From Methanosarcina hadiensis (GTDB taxonomy: Archaea; Halobacteriota; Methanosarcinia; Methanosarcinales; Methanosarcinaceae), in NCBI RefSeq assembly GCF_046529725.1, contig NZ_CP136241.1, forward strand, positions 2,048,563-2,080,562: a DNA stretch of 32,000 nt. The letters run 5' to 3'. The translations under genes were made by a program, and so were the position numbers. Within the stretch, counting starts at the first letter, position 1; each line of letters starts with the position of its first letter. Below the pieces are notes generated by a model. It had not been told where the DNA came from. It was given only the letters and a program-made list of their open reading frames with translations, and did no database searches. Positions 26,327 through 32,000 of the stretch are shown here, piece by piece.

Positions 26327-27067
26327 ATGTTCTCGTTAAACGAACAAAAAGCTATTGAACTCGGAGAATCCGGAGAAAAAGCGATAAGAGAGAAAAACGA
26401 ATACGATGCACTTCAGTATATCGAGTACCTGCGGGAATTCGGAGAAGAACTGGTTGAAGCGAAACTGGAGACAGACCTGAAAAGGGTTATTATCTCAATA
26501 CGGAACATAGGCAGTAAAGCTGTCCAGAAAAGGATGGACGCTGTCGCAACCAATGCAGTACAGGTCCTTAAAAGCCTTGCTGAACCTGCGCTTGAAAAGA
26601 ATCTCTCAAACCCCATGTGGTCCTTCTCGAAGGCTGTACAGGAAATAGGAAAAGGAGCAGCCCAGTTCCAGATGATTGAGACTGCACAGAATTCTGTGGA
26701 CGCACTTGAGGCCATAGGATCAGGTGCCGTTGAAAAGAAAATGGAGGTTGTAACTCTCTGGACCACAATGGCACTGGAAGAGATTGGCTATCTTGCAAAC
26801 AGGCAGCAGCTCGAAGACCTAAGCAGCATGGCAAAAGCTGCAAGAGAGGAAATTATAAAGGCTTCCGAAGCCGAGAAGTTCGTTACAAGGGAACAGATTG
26901 AAAAATATCCCAAATTGATTGCACAGACAGTAGGCGAGTTCTCAGAGCTTCAGAACCTTCAACCTGCAGGTTATTCAGCCAGGCCCAATGAAGAATTTAA
27001 GGAAGAAGAGTTCTTCGAAGGAGAAGCAGAGGAAGACCAAAGTAAAGGCGAAGAAGGAAAACCCTGA
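26327..27067 (+). CDS. hypothetical alpha-helical repeat protein with acidic C-terminal tail
   Basis: 246 aa from ATG 26327 (the ORF opens at TTG 26309). About four ~33-aa internal repeats (for example IGSKAVQKRMDAVATNAVQVLKSLAE, IGKGAAQFQMIETAQNSVDALEAIG, IGSGAVEKKMEVVTLWTTMALEEIG). E/K-rich tail. No family recognised. Confidence 0.65.
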   Translation: MFSLNEQKAIELGESGEKAIREKNEYDALQYIEYLREFGEELVEAKLETDLKRVIISIRNIGSKAVQKRMDAVATNAVQVLKSLAEPALEKNLSNPMWSFSKAVQEIGKGAAQFQMIETAQNSVDALEAIGSGAVEKKMEVVTLWTTMALEEIGYLANRQQLEDLSSMAKAAREEIIKASEAEKFVTREQIEKYPKLIAQTVGEFSELQNLQPAGYSARPNEEFKEEEFFEGEAEEDQSKGEEGKP

Positions 27068-27159
27068 GCCAGACCTTCCGAAAATAAAAAATAAAACTGC
27101 CAAAGGCTAGAAAAAAGTTCCAGGCTGTTTTAAGCAGCCATCTGTATTTTCGAGCAGTC

Positions 27160-27762
27160 TTAAACAGCCGTTTGTTTTCTTTTGAAGCTCCTTGAGATTT
27201 CCAGGAATCTTTCTATAATTTTTAATCCTTCCGGAGTAAGTACGGACTCAGGATGGAACTGAAGGCCATAAACAGGGTATTCTGTGTGCTCGACTGCCAT
27301 AATGGTTCCGTCTTCTGCACGCGCAGTAACCTTTATTCCGGGAGCAGGCTCTCCAATCTCAAGCGAATGGTAGCGTCCGGCCTCAAACTGCTCTTTGAGC
27401 GTTGCAAAGAGAGCCGATTCCGTATGCATGATCTTCGAACTTTTCCCATGCACAGGCCCTACCTTACATCTTCTTACAGGCCCGCCGAATGCCACGTTGA
27501 TTGCCTGATGCCCGAGGCAGACTCCGAGAAGAGGAATTTCCCTGCCCATTTCCCTGATTATCTCCAGGCAGTTTCCAATATCTCTCGGGTCAGAAGGGTT
27601 TCCCGGGCCTGGAGAAATTACCAGTGCATCAGGTTTTATTTCCTTAAGCTCTTCCAGAGTAACCGTATTTGGAAGAACGAGAGTATCTTTTTCGAAATAT
27701 GAGATGTAATCAACCAGATTCCATACAAAAGAATCTTTGTTATTTATGAAGACTATTTTCAT
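27160..27762 (-). CDS. trpG: anthranilate synthase component II (glutamine amidotransferase)
   Basis: 200 aa with motifs GVCLGHQ and LQFHPES. Lies immediately downstream of trpE. Confidence 0.92.
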   Translation of the reverse strand: MKIVFINNKDSFVWNLVDYISYFEKDTLVLPNTVTLEELKEIKPDALVISPGPGNPSDPRDIGNCLEIIREMGREIPLLGVCLGHQAINVAFGGPVRRCKVGPVHGKSSKIMHTESALFATLKEQFEAGRYHSLEIGEPAPGIKVTARAEDGTIMAVEHTEYPVYGLQFHPESVLTPEGLKIIERFLEISRSFKRKQTAV

Positions 27763-27813
27763 CTGAAAACTCTCCTGAGATATTATTTTGAAGTTTTTGT
27801 TCCAGCTTGGAAC

Positions 27814-29586
27814 TTAGTTCTCTCCGCCTATAGCCGCAAGCATTGCTGCCATTTTCCTTTCCGTTTCCCTGAACTCATAAGCAGGATCGGAATCCGCAAC
27901 AATCCCTGCCCCTGCCTGTACTGAAGCTTTTTTTCCCTTTATAAGCAGGGTTCTTATTACGATTGCAAAATCAGCATCACCGTTCCAGCTGTAATACCCT
28001 ACTCCACCGCCGTATATCCCTCTGGGAGCAGCTTCAAGTTCGGAAATGATCTCCATTGCCCGGATTTTCGGAGCTCCCGACAGGGTCCCTGCAGGAAAGA
28101 TTGCCCTGAAGGCATCGAACTGGTCGCATTCGGGCCTGAGGTTTCCCGAAACCGTACTTTCTATATGCTGGACATGAGAATACCTGAGAACCTTCATAAA
28201 ACCTGAAACTTTTACGGAACCGCTTTCGCAGACCATGCGGACATCGTTTCTTCCCAGGTCAACAAGCATTACATGTTCTGCCCGTTCTTTTTCGTCGCCG
28301 AGCATGTGAGAAGCCAGAACTTCATCCTCATCTTCGGATTCTCCTCTGGGGCAGGTGCCTGCTATAGGATTTATCATAACTGTGCGTTTATGCACGGTCA
28401 TAAGGGTTTCAGGGCTCGCTCCTACGATTGCCAGGTCTCCGAATTCAAAAATGTACATGTAAGGGCTCGGGTTTATTGCCCTGAGCTGCATGTAAAGCTC
28501 AAAGGGAGTTTTTTCAAGGCTGAATTCGCATTTTCTGGAAAGGACAGCCTGGAAAATATCTCCTGCAAAAATATGCTCTTTTGCCTGCAATACTGACGTT
28601 TCAAACTCCGACCTGCCAGTGCTGCACACCTGTAAAGGTAAACTTGTCCCTGTTAATTCTGGTCCTTTAAATTCGGATCCTTTTAATTCTGACCCTTTAA
28701 ACTGTGGTCCTTTTAATCCTGATACTGATGGCTGGCTTGAAGCTGCATCTTCAGGTAGAGAAGCTCCCCTGAATAGAGGAGCTTCCTTAATTGCTGATTG
28801 AAGGTTTTCTGCCTCTGAAAGGGCTTCTTCATATATTTTTCCTGCATCCGATTCCGGACTTATGAAAGGAGTTATTACAATATAGACTTCTTCAGTCAGG
28901 TGATCGAAAACATAACTTTTTGAGACAAGGAGATATTGAAGTTCGGGGACTTCGGATTCAAATCCCTTTTCAGCTCTGAGCCAGCTGTCGTAAATCGCAT
29001 CATAAGCTGTATACCCGATAGCTCCCCCAAGAAAGGTCTGCCTGTCAAAACGTTTTGTATTGAGAAACTCAATCCCGTTTGCCGGAGGGAAAACCAGGCG
29101 GAGGGCATCAAAAGAGTCTTTTCCTTCTGGAATTGAGACCGTGAATTTTCCAGGTGTCTGAACTATGGTTTTATTTTTTTCTCTTTTTCTTTCTTCACAT
29201 TTCTTATTCACATTCTCTTTATTGTCTGTTTCCCCAATTTCCTGCATGCAGGTTCCATTTGCTCTTGAAACGATTTCCTCAAAAAAAGCAGAAGCTTTCG
29301 AGTTAAGTAGTTCAAGGGAAAGTTTCCTGTTGTTAATCGTCAGCATGGCATCCGGGTCATTTCCAACAAAGGAATACCGTGCTTTACTTGCCTGTTTTTC
29401 CACGGATTCAAGGAGGTAGGAGTAACCTGAGGTTCCTGAATTTTTTAATGCCTGATAAAGCTCGAGGGGAGAACAGCCAGGAGAATAAGAGGAATCAATT
29501 TTTGCAAGGAGCTGGACAAGTGCTGGTTTTTCGAGCCCCGAAACAAGCTTCTTGAACTCTTCTTTTCCAATGTCAAAGGAAAGCAT
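27814..29586 (-). CDS. trpE: anthranilate synthase component I, with low-complexity insertions
   Basis: Motifs GDIFQAVLSRK, NPSPYMY, GTLSGAPKIRAMEII and RGIYGG. At 590 aa it is longer than typical TrpE, as I recall it. Confidence 0.93.
   Translation of the reverse strand: MLSFDIGKEEFKKLVSGLEKPALVQLLAKIDSSYSPGCSPLELYQALKNSGTSGYSYLLESVEKQASKARYSFVGNDPDAMLTINNRKLSLELLNSKASAFFEEIVSRANGTCMQEIGETDNKENVNKKCEERKREKNKTIVQTPGKFTVSIPEGKDSFDALRLVFPPANGIEFLNTKRFDRQTFLGGAIGYTAYDAIYDSWLRAEKGFESEVPELQYLLVSKSYVFDHLTEEVYIVITPFISPESDAGKIYEEALSEAENLQSAIKEAPLFRGASLPEDAASSQPSVSGLKGPQFKGSELKGSEFKGPELTGTSLPLQVCSTGRSEFETSVLQAKEHIFAGDIFQAVLSRKCEFSLEKTPFELYMQLRAINPSPYMYIFEFGDLAIVGASPETLMTVHKRTVMINPIAGTCPRGESEDEDEVLASHMLGDEKERAEHVMLVDLGRNDVRMVCESGSVKVSGFMKVLRYSHVQHIESTVSGNLRPECDQFDAFRAIFPAGTLSGAPKIRAMEIISELEAAPRGIYGGGVGYYSWNGDADFAIVIRTLLIKGKKASVQAGAGIVADSDPAYEFRETERKMAAMLAAIGGEN
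28649..28723. repeat. in-frame 15-bp tandem repeat x5 inside trpE
   Basis: Five contiguous 15-bp units (28649-28663, -28678, -28693, -28708, -28723) of CC(T)TTTAA(A/T)(Y)(Y)(Y)G(G/A)(W)(Y). They encode GLKGP-QFKGS-ELKGS-EFKGP-ELTGT on the minus strand. Confidence 0.85.
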
Positions 29587-30277
29587 TGGTACACCTCACT
29601 TCTTCAATAAAACTTTTTATTTTTACAGCATCTTTTTTACCGAGAGTTTCTACTCCTGAAGCCGTATCCACAGCATAAGGAGAAACAACCTTTATTGCCT
29701 CCTGCACATTTTCGGGTTTGAGCCCGCCGGCAAGGATCAGGGGAAGTTCCGTTTCTTCTGCAATTCTCCGGCTCAGGTCCCAATCGTGTATGCAGCCTGT
29801 ACCGCCCGTTTTTCCGGCAATGCCTGAGTCAAGGAGTACACTGTCCACAACTCCGCTTTCTTCCAGCTCCCGGATTTCTTTGAGAAGGCGGTTTACAAGG
29901 CTCTGGATTTTGGAAGCTCCCAGCCCGGCAGGGACTGTAAGGGTTTTTATTATAGGGATATCCGTTCTTTCCCTTATGACTTCGAGTTCGACAGGGGAGA
30001 GGTCCGAGTGGATCTGTACAATATCGGGATTCACTTTCTCAATGAGTTCCAGAGCCCTCGAAGAGTTTTCAGGCATTATGACCATTACCGAGTCAAGGCA
30101 TTCCGGAACTTTTGAGATAAGGGCAGCCGCGGCATCCGAATCAAGTTTTCTCGGGCTCTCCACAGGGACTTCCGTTATAAATCCAACGGCGTCGGCTCCA
30201 TAGAGAGCTGCCAGTTTTATATCTTCAGGACTTCGGATTCCACAGATTTTTATTCTGGTTTTTAATCCTGTTTTCAT
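29573..30277 (-). CDS. trpF: N-(5'-phosphoribosyl)anthranilate isomerase
   Basis: RIKICGIRSPEDIKLAALYGADAVGF, GGTGCIHDW and LAGGLKPENV...AVDTASGVE fit TrpF. Overlaps trpD (4 bp) and trpE (14 bp). Confidence 0.9.
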   Translation of the reverse strand: MKTGLKTRIKICGIRSPEDIKLAALYGADAVGFITEVPVESPRKLDSDAAAALISKVPECLDSVMVIMPENSSRALELIEKVNPDIVQIHSDLSPVELEVIRERTDIPIIKTLTVPAGLGASKIQSLVNRLLKEIRELEESGVVDSVLLDSGIAGKTGGTGCIHDWDLSRRIAEETELPLILAGGLKPENVQEAIKVVSPYAVDTASGVETLGKKDAVKIKSFIEEVRCTNAFL

Positions 30278-31386
30278 GCCCTTTCCCCGGAAGCCGGGCT
30301 TAATATGGAGATCGGTAAAGGTGATGAAGCTGCTTTTCCCGAAATAAAGCCCTGTTTTTTATCCTTTTCATAAAATCCACCGGTAAAATTCCTGAACTGG
30401 TTGAATTTAACCATAACCTTTCCGCTGTCTATGGCATCTTCTGCAATAGGAATTGCCTGCCTTATAGAGCCTACAATCCCGCTCACGTAAAGAGCCGCAG
30501 CCGCATTCAGGATTATGAGGTCTCTTCTGGGCCCCTTCTGCCCTTTAAAAATGCAGAGCAGGTCTCTAGCGTTTTCTTTCGGAGTTCCTCCTTTTATGTC
30601 TCCGGGGTTTGCCCGCAGCATGCCAAGCGATTCCGGAGTCAGCGTATAGGTTGTAACCTTTCCGTTCTTCAATTCCGCAACATAAGTTTCCCCGGTATTT
30701 GTGATCTCGTCCATTCCTTCCCCGTTAACAACAAGGGCATGCTCGGTCCCGAGCTCGGCAAGCGCATAAGCTATAGGTTCGCAGAGGCTTTTATCAAAAA
30801 CTCCCACAACCTGCCCTTTTGCTCCTGCCGGATTTGTCAAAGGACCAAGTATGTTGAACACAGTCCTTACCCCGAGGTTTTTCCTCACCCCTGCAACCCT
30901 CTTCATTGCAGGGTGGAAAACAGGGGCAAACATGAAGCCTATACCTATCCTTTCTATTGTTTTCCTGACCTGTTCCGGAGAAAGGTCCACCTTAATTCCC
31001 AGGGCTTCAAGCACATCAGAACTCCCTGTCAATGAAGTCGCTGCCCTGTTTCCATGTTTGGCTACAGGCACCCCGGTTGCTGCAGTTACTATTGCAGCCG
31101 CTGTCGAGACATTGATAGTATTGAGCCCGTCTCCTCCTGTCCCGCAGGTATCAACAATCCTGAAAGGCGTGTTTGGACGGATAGTATTTCCAGCTTTTTT
31201 CATTCCCCTAACAAAACCAACAATTTCCTGCGGCTTTTCCCCTTTTGCTTTCAGTGCGAGCAGAAATGATGCAATTTCCTCGTCTTCTGCTGTGCTCAGA
31301 ATCTCCCCCAATGCGGCTTCGGCTTCCTCTGAACTCAGGTCACAGCCCTCTTCAAGTTTTTTAATGTAAGCCTTTATTTCCTGCAT
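30274..31386 (-). CDS. trpD: anthranilate phosphoribosyltransferase
   Basis: 370 aa with motifs DTCGTGGDGLNT and KHGNRA. About 30 aa of C-terminal extension relative to what I expect for TrpD. Confidence 0.93.
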   Translation of the reverse strand: MQEIKAYIKKLEEGCDLSSEEAEAALGEILSTAEDEEIASFLLALKAKGEKPQEIVGFVRGMKKAGNTIRPNTPFRIVDTCGTGGDGLNTINVSTAAAIVTAATGVPVAKHGNRAATSLTGSSDVLEALGIKVDLSPEQVRKTIERIGIGFMFAPVFHPAMKRVAGVRKNLGVRTVFNILGPLTNPAGAKGQVVGVFDKSLCEPIAYALAELGTEHALVVNGEGMDEITNTGETYVAELKNGKVTTYTLTPESLGMLRANPGDIKGGTPKENARDLLCIFKGQKGPRRDLIILNAAAALYVSGIVGSIRQAIPIAEDAIDSGKVMVKFNQFRNFTGGFYEKDKKQGFISGKAASSPLPISILSPASGERA

Positions 31387-31422
31387 TTTTCTCTCTCCTT
31401 TCTTTCCCTTCGGTTCCCCTGT

Positions 31423-32000
31423 TTAATTTGCTTCAAGCATGCCGGATCTGAGTTCCCTTGCAAGGGTTTCCAGCCTTTCATTCACGTCTTTTCCTTCTTC
31501 AATGATCCTGACAAAAGCCGAGCCTGCAATTACACCATCCGCCCCGGCTTTTCTGACTTCGGCAGCCTGCTTTCCTGTTGAAATCCCAAAACCTACGGCT
31601 TTCGGAATATCGGTCTTTACCCTGGCAAGCAGTTCTTTTGTTGAGCCTGCAACATCATCTCTCGCTCCCGTAACCCCAAGCCTTGATACAAGGTAAATAA
31701 AGCCTGAACCTCTTTGCAGGATCTTCCGAATCCTTGCATCGGTTGTTGTGGGTGCGACCAGAAATATCAGGTCAAGCCCATTGGCATCACAGCTTGTTTT
31801 CAGGTCAGCTGCCTCTTCTACCGGGATATCAGGTATAATCAGTCCGCTGATTCCGGCTTTAGCAGCATTTTCCACAAATCTTTCCACTCCGTACCTGAAA
31901 ACAGGATTGTAATAGGTCATGCACACAAGAGGAACTTCAACCTCAAGGGCTTTGACAAACTCAAAATAGCGTTCAATATCCATGCCTGCTGCAAGCGCCC
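31423..32000 (-). CDS. trpA: tryptophan synthase alpha chain (5' end beyond window)
   Basis: PLVCMTYYNPVFRYG, GLIIPDIPVEE, GFIYLVSRLGVTG and GFGIS motifs. The frame stays open upstream of Met 31983 to the window edge (...ALAAGMDIERY). Confidence 0.9.
   Translation of the reverse strand, partial: ALAAGMDIERYFEFVKALEVEVPLVCMTYYNPVFRYGVERFVENAAKAGISGLIIPDIPVEEAADLKTSCDANGLDLIFLVAPTTTDARIRKILQRGSGFIYLVSRLGVTGARDDVAGSTKELLARVKTDIPKAVGFGISTGKQAAEVRKAGADGVIAGSAFVRIIEEGKDVNERLETLARELRSGMLEAN

Noticed and set aside
28273-31369. Antisense ORFs in the trp operon, for example 28273..28596, 29718..30203 and 30851..31369.
   Set aside because: They lie opposite conserved trpE, trpF and trpD genes and give S/P/A-rich low-complexity products. 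They are shadow ORFs.
1-32000. Search by eye for tRNA/rRNA genes, transposases, IS inverted repeats, or direct repeats flanking the CRISPR-Cas island.
   Set aside because: I saw no T-loop or cloverleaf-like GC-rich segments, no transposase-like ORF, and no matching direct repeats at the 12.2-kb and 24.9-25.3-kb borders. Absence by eye is weak evidence; tRNAscan, Infernal and a repeat finder should confirm it.

Overview
This 32-kb chromosomal window reads like a Methanosarcina-type (Methanosarcinales) euryarchaeon. That call is inferred from the protein sequences, GGAGGTGA-type Shine-Dalgarno (SD) motifs and AT-rich repeat-laden intergenic DNA; no database search was possible. Housekeeping blocks are purS-purQ (1.8-2.9 kb), pheT (10.6-12.2 kb), rnhB (25.4-26.1 kb) and the distal part of a minus-strand trp operon, trpA(partial)-trpD-trpF-trpE-trpG (27.2-32.0 kb). 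A complete type I-C CRISPR-Cas cassette lies between pheT and rnhB. It comprises cas3-cas5-cas8c-cas7-cas4-cas1-cas2 (24822 down to 17074, minus strand), a ~165-bp AT-rich leader, and a 4.6-kb array. The array has 67 base-identical 32-bp repeats plus 3 decayed trailer repeats (69 spacers) and ends 76 bp from the pheT start codon on the same strand. Positions 3.3-10.4 kb look accessory: a secreted beta-helix protein, a small membrane protein, a DUF2284 metal-binding protein, an FGE/SUMF1-fold protein, a DUF1724/ArsR-like regulator, a DUF429 protein, and a short protein resembling the N-terminal module of Mrr-type restriction enzymes. Items most worth a second look: (1) a bacterial-style I-C cassette in an archaeal core-gene context, with an internal two-spacer duplication, a 43-nt spacer and a candidate internal Cas11 start inside cas8c; (2) the array trailer fused to the pheT upstream region; (3) the regulator whose HTH N-terminus has only an ATT codon, behind a perfect SD, where the family Met should be; (4) the divergent DUF429 / Mrr-N-like pair; (5) a 132-bp 97% polypurine tract and a different private tandem repeat in many gene-flanking intergenic regions; (6) an in-frame 15-bp x5 repeat inside trpE. 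I found no clearly new multi-gene system. No tRNA, rRNA or transposase was recognised.
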